NCBI RefSeq assembly: GCF_036588685.1
Contig: NC_086375.1
Span: 86,552,001 to 86,616,000, forward strand
DNA: 64,000 nucleotides
Reading direction: 5' to 3'
Source of the DNA: Mytilus trossulus
Lineage: Eukaryota
The translations under genes and the position numbers were made by a program. The notes beneath the pieces are model-generated. The model did not search any database and had not been told where the DNA came from. It saw only the letters and a program-made list of their open reading frames with translations. Numbering within the stretch: position 1 is the first letter of the stretch; every line of letters starts with the position of its first letter. Positions 1 through 14,100 of this stretch are shown here, piece by piece.

Positions 1-241
1 AAATATTGCATATCACAATAGAAAATAGTTGTATATGTATTTATTTTCTTCGATATCATAAAAAAAATAAGAAAATAAGGAGAAACCTATCTTTCTTCTG
101 TCTATTAATGTTCCGTCATTGTGCCGTATGTTAGATACCATCGAGTCCGAACAAATTTTGCCGGTGTGGTTTAGACACAGTGTGCAGGTAAACTGGAAAT
201 GTCAGTGTAAAATAAATAAAAGTGATTTGTATGTACTTTAG

Positions 242-3200
242 ATTTCGAGACAATATGAAGGATCTAGAGATCATGATGCAGAATATGATGGACTCGGCAT
301 TTGAAACTGTAAAGACAGTCGAAGGAGGTGTGGAATTATTGGATATTTTCTGTCATCTGTCACCAAGGGAGGTAAGTTATGATTTTCTCTGCATTGTGAC
401 AAGGGAAGTAAGTTAGGATTTTCTCCGCATTGTGACAAAAGTCACTGATTTTGTCAGCAAGGAAATTATAGAAATCACAAAGAACTTTTACTTATTTAGC
501 AGTTAATTTATTGAATATCTATAGTAGTTGTCATCAAGATAAGTAATGAAGGAATTTTGCAATTTTTACTGTGACAGTTTAAATATGGGATATATTTTCT
601 GTCATATGTTATAAAGGGAGGTAAGTGGACTGTGTGACAGGAATTACAACTTATACTGTCAATACTTGAACTGCCGTCAAAAATAAATTACAAAGTGATG
701 AGAAATTTTGACATTTTTTGACAAGGAAGGTATTTTAAAGTCATAATATATGCTTTTGACAAGGTGACAACAATTGAGGAATGCCTTAACAAATTTTGAT
801 GTTTTCTGCCATTTATAATGAAACAAATTTGCCATAGGTTATTTGAATGTAAATATTTCTGATAGGAAAGTGTTAAGTTTTACTAGAAACATATGCTTTT
901 TGGAATATTTTATATCTTTTGGTTAGATTAAAGACTCATGTATTTCAGTTGCTTTTAAAGTAACTTAACTAAACAGATAATAATACAGAAAATAGGCAGT
1001 TAAAATAAACTCCTTATGATGTAATAGACAACTAATTCAGAGTTGTAAAATTGTAATATTATCTATTTTAACCATGTTTTATATTTTCAGGCCATTAAGA
1101 GGATGATTGATAAGAAGACCAAGGATGTGTTTATAATGTTTAATGCAGAACTAAATTGTGTCAAGGTGGAACTATCCTCCAAACCAGAACTACAAATGTC
1201 TGACCATCCAAAGTATGCTGGACTAGCTCTGTGGGCCAGACATCTCAGGAATAGAATACAAAGAAACATGAATGTAAGGTTAACAGTCTGTATTCATATA
1301 TATCAATGTGATATACACAGGTTTTCTTGTTAAAAAATTGTCACATTTAATCATTGTCAGTTATTTGTAGGAATGTTTTTTTTCTATTCCAAAATGATTC
1401 CTTTTGTCAAAAAAATATTATTTGTTTATCATCTACAAATTTGCAAATGTTTTCTTGATTTCATATTTGGATTAAATAGAATTAGACATAGGTATTCTTT
1501 AATCTGCCAACATTTATTAAAGCTAAGTTTATTCTATCTTTTATTTATAAACAGTTGCTATCAAAGTCCCATTTCCTGCCCTTTACTGGGACTGGAGAAG
1601 AGGTTAGAGGTGCCTTTATACAGTTAAATCAGGCTCTTGATGAGTACATGAGGAAAACCTTTCATGAGTGGACTTTGTGTATTGTTAAAGTAAGTACTTT
1701 TTGTTTGAAGACTTTTTTTTTTTAGAAAATAATCAGTTCAGTAAAAAGTCAAAGAGGACATACATTGAAAATTATTTCAGAAACATTGTTTATAGACTGT
1801 TAAGTTGATTTATGCAATGAAACATTATTCAGAGCTTTATATATGGTTGGCCACTTGTCACCTACACCAGATTTAAATTATATATATATGGTTTGGCTAC
1901 TTATCATTTAGACCAGATTCAGAGCTTAATATATTGTATGGTCTGTGTATTGACATGTAAAACTCTTTGTAATATATATATATATAAATATGTATATAAA
2001 TGGAGAATCTGATGTTTTAGGATCCAATGAAGTTACTTGACATTCCCCTGATGTGTAGAAGTACTGAGAGACCTCCAATGTTAGATATCAATTTTGACAA
2101 GTAAGTTATTTCAAATGTAAATTTATGAACTAAAACACACTTAAAAGTTGAATTTCTGTTGTAAGAGAAAGAAAGACCTTATTTTAGATATCACTTTCGA
2201 CAGTTCAGAGAACTTCTAAGGTGGGATCAATTTTGATACTGGAGAAGATTTTATTTGAGATATATCAGTTATGATAGATAGGAAACGTTCCAAGGTAGGG
2301 ATCAATTTTGGAGCAAGAGGAGATCTCATTTTAGATATCACTCAAGACAGATGAGAGACACGCTAAGGTTTAATATCAGTTTTGACCATAGAAAACCCAT
2401 ATCAGTTGTGACATATAAGAGACTGTCATTGATTGGATATTACTATTCTAATTGTTCATTTAGTTCATGTTTTTTCTCTCTCACAAAAGTAGAAAAGTTC
2501 TATATTTTTTTATATTTTAATTTCAGGAGACTTGATAAGCTTTTCCAGGAGGTACATTATTGGGAGAGATTGAATTTTGATATTCCTCACTATGTACGCA
2601 TGGCTTACAACAGAAGGGAAGATCTCAGAAATTTGAAAGAGCATGTTCTCTTGGTTGTCAGAGATTATAACAGGTATGATAAAGTACAATATAAAAATAT
2701 GTTCATTTTGTTCTCATAGATAATTACAAGCATGGTCTATATAAATAATAAAAGATCAATGTAAGATATATCTCAGATGCTGTAGTACCGTATTCAGCCA
2801 TGTATAGTCAGCAGTTATGTAAAGTCTGCACCCCTTTTAATCCCCCAAAACCTAACTATAATTTAAGAGCTCACACTACTTAAGAATCATAAAGAGAAGT
2901 GACTTATTTATTTTATTTAATAGGAAGAATTTGTAATACCTCAGAAAGAGTTGCTTGTTCAATCCCTGCATACAATTCGTTTGGTTTAACATTATTGCTT
3001 TAATTTTGACATTTGTATCCTATTTATGCCATTCTTTTATTTGGCATATTAAAAAGTAATCTGACTGCCCTAGTCACCCTGTAAAGTGAGCCTTGAGTTT
3101 GATATTTATTCATATGAACTTCATTAAAGCCAAGATTGTGTAATCTGCTGGGAAGTCACTGTTTGTTCTTTATATTTTCATATTTTAAAATTTTTCATTT

Positions 3201-6200
3201 ACCCAGTAGGCTTGAGTTTTTTGTTTATGTTTAATAATATTTAAGTGTGTGAATTCTTGGGAAAATTGTGAAAGGATAGGTTTTGCAAAATAAAATACAA
3301 TGTACTCACATTTCTAATTAAAACTTTATTGTGCATGCAACATTTCCTGAAATCCCATTATGTAACTCATATATTTTCCACATTGTTTTACTATTGTCAT
3401 AATGAATTCTTGCAAAACATTTTTTAACTTCAGTTATCTAAAACAGTCAATCTTTTTAATATGCCCCATTTATGGTCATTATGTTTTCTGGTCTGTTGGT
3501 CCGTCAGTTCGTCTGTCCCGCTCCAGGTTATAGTTTTTGGTCAAGGTAGTTTTTGATGAAGTTGAAGTCCAATCAACTTGAAACTTAGTAAACATGTTTT
3601 TTTTTTCTAATTTCAATGCTAAATTAGATTTTTTACCCAGGTAACCCCATTTTCATAGTCCACTGGACATAGAAAACGAGAATGTGTACTAGGATCACAA
3701 TCTTGTTGGAATATTTATTAATATACAGTGGATGCTGTTAAAAAAATTATAATCTCTGTTTCAGGATCATAGCAGCATTGTCATTTGAAGAAAGAGCCCT
3801 GTTCAGAGAGAGAATAAGATTCCTTGATAAAAAGATCCACCCTGGTTTGTCTAAACTAACATGGGTGTCACATGGTATATCTGAATACTTTGTTACTGAT
3901 TGTCGAAATAATGCCAGCAAAGTACAAGTAATTGTTGATGATTATAAAGGAGCTAACACAGAGATTGCTGATCAGTGTGTGAAAATCAGTGAACTATTAT
4001 TGATTAAGATTTTTCCTGGGAAAGTTTATGAGAAAATGGATTTTGATTCATATCAAGTAAGTCAGTTTTAAATTAAGAACAGCTGAAAAGGGTTTTTATG
4101 CCCAGCTGTCACTGGAGGTGGCATTATGTGTTACCCAGATTTGGTCTGTCTATACATATGTCCCAAAATTCCTAATATAAATCAGACCTAACATGGGATT
4201 TGAAATTAAATTTGATGTATTGAAATAATGTCTAAATTTAAGATTACAACTACTAGTAATTGTGTGACATTTGTGAACAATATGGACATTATGGTACACT
4301 TACATATATATCACTATGATAATTACAGTTATTTAATGCCTATTATCCTTCAAAGTAATGTTCAAGTTGATTATAATTATCCTTTTTTGGAGGAGAGCTT
4401 ATACCACTAATTTGTATCTGGCTAAAAAAAAGTTTATTAGGTAGAGGTATGTGTACCTTTAATTAGTTAATATCAGATTAAAAGTTGATGACAAGTCCAA
4501 TGAAAATGACAAAGTAAATATCAAATGTTTCATTTTTCTTAATTTTTCTTGTTTTTCTATTTCAGACTAAACATAGAGAGATTGTTACAAAAAGATTGAC
4601 ACAGATACATGAGAATATTGTCAGGACAATGAAGAAAACCCATGAAATATTCAGAGTGGACGGTAGTGAGGTATATTGTAACAATACTCTAGATCCTCAT
4701 AATCTAAGTTCACATTTATCTAAATCCTCTTTATTTATTTTCACATTTCATCAGATCCTCCAAGTCTATTTTCACATTTCCCTAAAAAGTGATTTTTATA
4801 TTTCGTTCTTATGTTGTACTGTTATACCACTGTCCCATGGGGAGGGTTGGGATCCCTCTAACATGTTTAACCCCGCCACATTATTTATGTATGTGCCTGT
4901 CCTAAGTCAGGAGCCTGTAATTCAGTGGTCGTTTGTTTTTGTGTTACATATTTGTTTTTTTGTTCATTTATTTACATAAATGAGGCCGTTTGTTTTCTTG
5001 TTTGAATTGTTTTCATTGTCTTATCAGGGCCTTTTATAGCTGACTATGCGGTATGGGCTTTGCTCATTGTTGAAGGCTGTATGGTGACCTATAGTTGTTA
5101 ATGTTTGTGTCATTTTGGTCTTTTGTGGATAGTTGTCTCATTTGCAATTATACCCCATCTTCTTTTTTATATAATCTATTTTTTATATATCTAGATCATC
5201 ATAAATTATTCTCACATGCTTCTAAATCATAGTCATGAGCTAAGCAAGGCTAATAAAAATTAAAATTGTTCAGTTAACAGATTTTTGTAAAGTCTAGCAG
5301 TCAGTATAAGTTCAATTTAGCGAGTATTAGAAGGGAGTTGTGCATCTATTACATGGTGACAGAAGGTTGTAACTCTTGCACAAATTTTGTCAATCAAGAC
5401 GTTCAAAATAACGGAAAAGAAAGTGATTGTTTATTCATTACACAAATCCCCAACTAGACAGACTTAAAGAAATAGAACAGAACATATTTTACTTTTCTAC
5501 ACCTCAAAGCCAGTGATACCTTAACATTAAATCTCACAGCTTACTGCAAGTTAAAGATGGTCCTATGACCTATGCTCTGATTAATCTTCAAGTGTCATGT
5601 AACAATTCCTTATTATTATTATGTAAAATTTGATTTATTTGGATGCAATATTTTGAGAGTCTAAGTAATGGCATACAAAGGAGTAGGTCCAGTAAGACCC
5701 CTTTTTGGCCCCAAAATATAGCAGGTTTACAAAATTGTGAAAATTATAATTTTTAGTTATTTATTGGACAGAAGAATGCTTCTGCTACATAAATATGGGC
5801 TGTTTTTGACCCTACCATGCACATAAATCGGATAGTAGCACCATTAAGTCATGCTAAATTACTGAAATCTTCACAATTCTACCATGTTAGTTAAATTTTA
5901 GACGGTTTCTGTTTAAAACGAAAGTGGCCTCATTTGTTTTTGACAAAAACCATCTGAAAAGGGACATTTTTCGGCATATTTGGTACATTTTTAATATTTA
6001 AGCTATAATCAGGTCGTTTTTGATGACTAAATCAATTAAAATCTTTCACATAACCTAATTGTTTCAAATGAAATAGACACTCAAGTGTTTAAAAAGTGGT
6101 CAAAATCTTTCATCAGATGAACCTGAAATTTGAGGCCAAAATCTGTCCTTACCGGACCTACTCCTTTGCATACAAGTATAAATGGATCTTTTATAGCCTT

Positions 6201-8158
6201 TACATATATTTCTAACCATATGATATAATTTACATATAATTTTTACCATATGATCTACATATAATTCTTTTTACCATATGCTCTTATATATAATTCTTAC
6301 CATATGATCTTACATATAATTCTTACCATTTGATCTACTTTAAATATAATTTTTACCATATGATGTTCTTTAGGTGCAGGTACACTGGCATAAATATACA
6401 GAGAAAATGGATAAAATGGTGGAAGAAGCTTTCAGACTAAATGTGAAATGGTCTCTACAGGAATTGTCTAAAGCCATAAATGGAGATGGCAAAAATCCAC
6501 CAAACCCTATGTTCAAGGTTAAAGTCTTGCTCAAGGATAAAAAGGTAAATAAATAATATGGGTTTCTATCCATGAAACAAAATCAGTATGTAAACAGCAA
6601 AATCTACAAATAGCAAAGGAACAAAAGGATCATGGTTCGTATTGTTGTTCTTCATCTCAAAGTCACAGTTAGGCTTTCAACATAGAGGAAAAAGTTTTCA
6701 CCTAACTGCAAGTTTAAGACACCAGTTTCAGCTGGGTTTTTTTTTGCAAACTAATGATCACGTGACATTAGTGAATTAATGAACAAAGCTGTGGAGTAAT
6801 ATCAATGAAATAAATCTGGCAAAGAAATCAAAGGTAACACAATTTCCTGGTTTTGCTATATTTCAGGTTGAGTTTGAGCCATCCCTATCAGAGCTAGCCT
6901 ATGCTGTCAGCAGTGAATATGGCTATATAACTAGTGCTTTATCACAGATACAGAGACTACCCAGTCTGTTGACACCAAAAGAAAGTGTCAAAGAGGTCAG
7001 ATATTAAATAATTCACATATTTTGTCTGAGTTGAATTGATAAACTGAAAACCTTATTTTAATTTAAAGAAATGGTACCTTCTGAATATTCACTAAATCTG
7101 TAAAAGTCTAAAATACAACTGCATTGTAAATTACCAAATACATTTATATCTACCATCCCAACTGCCTAAAACATATAGTATTTATATCATCCATGATACT
7201 ATAGTTTGAGTCTTACATTTTAAAAGGTTTCTTTGAATCTTCTACCTAAAGCCTCACCCACAGAAATATGCATTTTGAAATCCATATTACGACAGACATT
7301 GCAAGTTTCATTGTGATGTCACACACTTGTACCCCATGTTTTGTTGAGATTAGAACATGGTTTTGTTTACTGAATGGGATAGAAGAGCATTTTATTTCTA
7401 TCTTTAAGCCAATCTATGAAATGATAGCAAGAAGTGAAGAGGCCAGGAAGATCCACAGTGTTATAAACACAGGAATGCAGACTAATGCCACTCACATGCT
7501 GAACTATATAAAGACCTGGGACAATTACCGTGAGATCTGGGAGATAGACAAAGGAATGTTTATACAACGCTATCAGAACCTTGGTCCAGTTGTTTCATCT
7601 TTTGACTCTGACATTGCTAGGTAAGATGCCAAAGTTTTTTTAGCTGTAAAATATTCCACTCTGATCATGGTGTCCTAGAGTTGGTAGGATTCTATTTTAA
7701 ATAAAACATAAAATACTGACTCTTTATTATTTCAACTACAAATGTAACTACATACATCACAAGATAGGTAACAGAAACCAGCAACCCTTTAAATGACATT
7801 ATACCCCCTTCTAAATAAAGCTGTTGTTATTAGTGATAGTTCAATCTATCTGCCCAGGCTTTGAATCTACAACTTTTCTAAGACCAGTTGTTAGAAATTT
7901 TTACTTTATGATTACCAACTGTTCACCTTTGAACTTTGCCATTATGAATTATTACAGATATGATGAAGTTGCCAATAATGTGGAGGCTCATGAGACCATA
8001 GAAATCATACAGTTTATGATGATTGATTGTTCTCCGCTGAAGACAGCCATTATGAGCCACTGTCGAGAGTGGCAAACAAAGTTCACACAATTATTGAAGA
8101 AAATGTCCATCACCAGTCTGATGGATCTTCAGGATTACCTAGTGGAAAATGGAGACAG
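242..8158 (+). CDS. DNAH2: DNAH2 exons 1-11 of window (N-terminal tail)
   Basis: Exons 242-371, 1091-1273, 1555-1689, 2021-2100, 2527-2673, 3765-4056, 4566-4670, 6374-6544, 6867-6995, 7409-7620, 7958-8158; all AG/GT bounded. Peptides include [59 protein letters not shown]. Confidence 0.88.
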
Positions 8159-11100
8159 GTGAAAAGATTTGTCTTACTCAAAGTTTTCTGTATAGTGTAA
8201 CATAGACAGTCAGGCTTTTGATAGTTTTTTTGTTTTGGTCATAATGTTTGTTTTCCTTGTGGTTTTTGATTGCCTTGCATGGATTAACTTTAAGACATAC
8301 TGCATTTTCCTTTTTGTATGTTTATAACCATTTTCAAACACATTTGTATGAATGGATGAACTTATGTTCCAAGACTTTTAGATACTTAAGTAGCATAAAC
8401 CACTAGCACAGGATAAACAAAATATATATGATATAATTTCTGTGCATAAAACACATGTTTCTTGATTTGCCTTCAACAGCCCACGAACAAAAGTTTGGAA
8501 ATACAACAATGTAAAACTTGTGTGAGAGCATAAAACCAAAAGGGCCATTTCAGTCAAAATCATCTTTACTGTTAACTAATTATTGTAGTTTAATTTTACA
8601 GAATAAATCAGCTTCCCCAGACATTATCAGAATTAGGTATAAGTTTAAACTTATGGGACAAATTACATAATGAGCTGGAAGCGACAGAGGAAAAGTTTGC
8701 ACCACTGGCAGAACAATTTCAGGTTCTGGAGAAATATCAAGTTACAGTAGAAGAAAAGGTATAAATAAAAGTAGAATAAAATTTTTGTTTTCTGATTTAA
8801 CCCAAGGGGGACTGGGTATAGAAATATGATCATCCCTTGGTCTTCTTCATACTGGACATAAAACCCTCTCAAAGTTGGGTGTCTGTTTGGTTGTGCAGGA
8901 TGTACAAATTCCTTATCATGTGAGGTCAGAATGGGGAAATTTTATCAGAAGACTTATCATGTACCAAATAGTTGCCACTGGACATTAAGTGTACTGTAGA
9001 TCTCTTTCATGCAATGTAAATTTGAAGTTTCTATATTTTCCAAAGGAGAAATGTCCAATGATTGTATATACTTTTATTAAGGAGCACTATGTGCTTTTAT
9101 ATAAAGCATTATGAAAATAATTCTATAAATATTTTAACTAAACCTTATTTATTGACAATACGACATACATGTTAAACGAGGGAGACAATCACAATTTGTG
9201 TGCATTATGGATATTCTAACCAATATATAAGGTATAATTTGACCTGTGTATGAGAGATATTAAGAACAATTAATACTGTAAGGTTCTACCAATCATTGAT
9301 ATATAGGACTTTAGAATTAGGAAAGCAATATATTATCTGCCATTTCTGTTTCTATAATTTGATTTGATGACATCTTTGAAATTTGTTTTGAACACTTTCT
9401 CTTACAGTATTTGACGACACAAGAAAAGTTAAAAGATGAGTGGTTTATATTCCAAGAGAGTTTGAAAGAGGCTGAAGGCATGTTGAAGAAACATAAGGTA
9501 TATATTTGTAGTGAACACAAACATTGATTGCTGGATTTTTTTTTATATTGTATTTAATTCACCTACATATTGCTTGATATATCTACCTTATTTGGCATAC
9601 CCATAAATAAATGGAGTTGTTAGTTAAATTCCTGTAAAAACCATGTCTATCCTTTGTTTAGTGCATATTTTGATAGCAAAGGTGTGAAGAAATAGAAGTT
9701 TCTTTATAATGGAAGCTCCAAATTGAAAAAAAATATTATGGAATATTATTTCCACTGGAATAAATATTACAGTATATGTTCCAAATATGAATAAATATTA
9801 CAGTATATGTTCCAAATGGAATAAATGGTATAGAACATTTGTTCCAATATCATCAGATTTTATGACATTGTTTATAACAAAGTGTCCAGTGGAACATATA
9901 AATATATGTTGACAGAAGGCATTATCTTTTATCATTAAGTTTGTGCACCTGTCTGTTAGTCTGTATATGCAACTCTTTTAAAAATTATTATATGTGTTTT
10001 CAGGATATATTTAAAGCAGGATTACTAGCTCAATCTGATGAGTTCAAGAAAAAAGTACATTTCTTGTTAGATAACTTTCAGAAGAATGGACCGTTCACTA
10101 GTACTATAGGGACAGGAGAAGCTTTAGAGAGTATCAGTGTAGTTCAGGAACAACTCATGGCCTTCAAGAAAGCTCAACAGGAGATTAGAGATGGGCTTAA
10201 TATCTTCAAAATAGATCAGCCACCAAATAAAGAAATAGCTTTTATGGAGAAGGTAGGAAAATAGAAATGTTCTCACTATATTCATGATTATAGACCAGCC
10301 CCTAATAAAGAAATGTTTTTTTTTATTGTTAAAAAATAGAAATAGGTCTCATTATATTCATGATCATAGACCAGACTCTTAATAAAGAAATGGTTTCTTG
10401 AAAAAAAGGAAAATATAGATGGTCTCATTATATTTGAATTTAGAAGACATAAAATGCAACATATTACAAATGGCCTTATTAACTTAAGTATAGATAAAAC
10501 ACTTTATCAAACATACAAACAAATGCTAACCTTATAAATAAAAAATGAAATCTATGAGGTATAAAAATACCACTGGTAAGTTTTGACTGTTAATTGAATA
10601 AGTTTGCTTCGGAAATATAAGTTATTGACTTTTTGAAGAGGTGGATGCAATGGTTCATCAACCTCAGAGTAAAACTATATTTTCACAGATATAGTTTTAC
10701 CAGAGGAATGAGAATTTGTAAGCTTAAACTGGTTGGTTCAATAACCTGGTTGTTTTATTATAGGATTTACAATATATAGAAGATATCTGGTTGATGAACA
10801 AAGAATGGGAGACATCGTGGGCTGAATGGAAAGTGAACAAGTTTGTAGATCTACAGACAGAGACCATGGAAGCATCAGCTATAGCTGATCATAAGAAACT
10901 ATTGAAGTATAGTAAACTATTAGCGGTAAGTACTCAAAACAGTTTGCTTTCAAAGCAGCATTTTATTCTCATATATTTACAAAATAAAAGAAAAGCCTTT
11001 AGGTTTGTTTCCTACCAGAATTACATCCTATAACCCCTCACAGAGCTACTTGTATGCTGAAATATAATTACTGTTATTAATAGGCTATTTAAATATAAAT

Positions 11101-14100
11101 ATTTTTCTTCCTGAACAATTGCTTATATACTTCCATGCTTATACAAACATGTTCTATATCTATGATAACTATTCATTTCAGGACAGGAACTGGGAAGTTG
11201 TTGAGACAAGTAAAAACCGTGTTGATCAGTTCAAACGTACCATGCCCCTGATAAATGACCTGAAAAATACCGCCATGAGAAAAAGACATTGGGACAAAAT
11301 CCAGGTATTACAGTGTTACATGTATCTCAGAAATAGATTATATCATTATAAATAGATTCTTGCAAACAGAGTTGGGTTTCACTTTGTCTTTCAGTTATGA
11401 CATTAAGTTTTACTTTGTCTTTTATTAAAGACATCAAGTTTCACTTTGTCATTCAGTAATAACATCAAGTTTCTTTTATTCTTTTAGTAATGACATAAAG
11501 TTTCACTTATTCAACCAGTGTAGACATTAAGTTTCACATTGAGTTTTAGTGATGACATTAGGTTCCACTTTGTCCTTAAAGTAATGACATATTCTTTGTT
11601 TAATGATAATTCGTTTCACTTCGTCTTTGGTTTAACAATTAAGTTTCATTTAACCACTAGTAAAACAAAACAGATTTACTTCACTTTTTCTTTAGTAATG
11701 GCATTAGTTTCACTTTGTCTTTAGTAATGGCATTAAATTTCACTTTTTCTTTAGTTTCACTTTGTCTTTAGTTCCACTTTGTATTACAGAATGAGATGGG
11801 GAAGGATTTTGATCATAAATCCAATGATTTTACTCTAGAGAAGATTATAGAGATGGGATTTGATCATTATGCAGAACTTATACATGATATATCAGAGGCT
11901 GCTACTAAGGAGCTAGTCATTGAACAGGTAATTATACATTCAGATATATAATTTATAGATTAGTTAGACATTGAGCTAGTTATTACAGTCTTCATAATGA
12001 ATAGATGAAAGTCACCTTTGACAGTAATTGTCATGTGGAATATTTTAAATGAAGTGATAGAAATATAAAGCAGAAATACACACCCAGTTTGTAATAAAAT
12101 CTATATTATATTTTTATAATAGCAAAACAAAATACATATATGTTAAAAAAAATGAATTCTGATTAAGTTAAAATAAATGCATTTAAAATTTTGTTGCTTT
12201 AAGCTCTCTTTGCTACTAAATTTCAACTTGTTTCTATTTAAATAAATTAAATGTGTAATGTATTTGTTGCAGGGACTTGAAGTAATAGAAGCAGTATGGA
12301 ATACAACAGATCTTGAAATTATACCATATAAAGATAGGGGTCACTACAAGCTTGTGTAAGTATTAGAAATTATACCATATAAAGATAGGGGTCACCACAA
12401 GCTTGTGTAAGTATTAGAAATTATACCATATAAAGATAGGGGTCACTACAAGCTTGTGTAAGTATTAGAAATTATACCATATAAAGATAGGGGTCACTAC
12501 AAGCTTGTGTAAGTATTAGAAATTATACCATATAAAGATAGGGGTCACTACAAGCTTGTGTAAGTATTAGAAATTATACCATATAAAGATAGGGGTCACT
12601 ACAAGCTTGTGTAAGTATTAGAAATTATACCATATAAAGATAGGGGTCACTACAAGCTTGTGTAAGTATTAGAAATTATACCGTATAAAGATAGGGGTCA
12701 CTACAAGCTTGTGTAAGTATTATAAGATCAAAGGACATTGAGAGGTATTGGTAATCTCATAAAAAGTTCTCCTCCCATCCATGACACAAAATCAGTTAAT
12801 GTAAAACAGCCCCATGCATTGGTTTGAGTGGAATTCTTTGCAAAAATAATTTGGATAGACTTTGTAAGATGTGAAAGTTTTTCTTTATAAAAATATCGGT
12901 AAACATAAGCTTATTTGAGTATTTTGTCAACGTTTCACCTTATGAAAATAGAGGTCACCGGTATAATTTTCAAGGTTTTTTACCTTATAAAGTTAGTTGT
13001 AACTAAAAGCTAGATAGAATCAAGGTTGTATTTTATAATGATTGAGCAGGGAGAATTTCATAGCTATTCTAGGGAAATTTTAATAAATGTGCTATAGGCA
13101 CATATTTCTGGATACATTTCAATCTGTAAAAATACTGGAAATCAAATCAATTAACCAATTAAAAATTTATTGTATAGTCTTTAAAAAATTCCACAAATTT
13201 CTTCAAAAATGAGAAATAACAAATTTGTTTTTTAACATTTACAGAGGTGTTGAAAATGTTTTTGCTTGCTTAGATGAGAATCAGATGCGACTATCCTCAA
13301 TGAAGGCCTCCAGATTTATCAAAGCTTTTGAAACTGATGTTGACAGATGGGAGAAAATTTTATCAAACATTTTGGAAGTTATAGAAATTCTTCTACTGGT
13401 GCAGAAAGAATGGATGTATTTAGAGGTAAGTACATTCTATTATTCAAATCGGAGTAAGTAATGATAGATGGTAGAACATTATAACTAACATTGGATAAAT
13501 TACTGAAACTTGTCAATCAATGAAAATGAATGGATGTATTTGGAGGTTGGCACAATTGTATTCAGTAAAATAGCGAAAATTTAAATTGATACAATTGAAT
13601 CATAGAGAAGGTTCTACTGCTATGTAGAGTTTTAAGCAATTTGTAAGGTCCACAGGTTCAGAGTAATAAGAAATCGGGAGAATTTTTTCTGCCAAACTGA
13701 TGAATTTAATTCAACAGAAAAACACTATTGATTTAAACCATAGAACTTGGTACTGATCAGAACTAATATTTTCAGAATATTTTCCTTGGAGAAGATATAC
13801 GTAAACAGCTACCAAGAGAATCTTCTAACTTTGATGAAGTGAATGTGAAATGGAAAGCTATAATGACCAGAATGCATGGTGATAAAAATGCCTTACGTTG
13901 TACACATTATCAAGGTAAATGTCTTTTCTTTAGACTTTATTGTTTATTGTGTTTCTTTCCACCATTAGCAGCTAATTCAAAATTCTGACCCAATTGCAAT
14001 CTGTTTTATCAAATACAACTGTTCAACTCGTCATAAATTTTACAAAAATGTTGCAGAAAAAAACAGTCTGGACATAAATGTTACAAATGTAATGTGAAAA

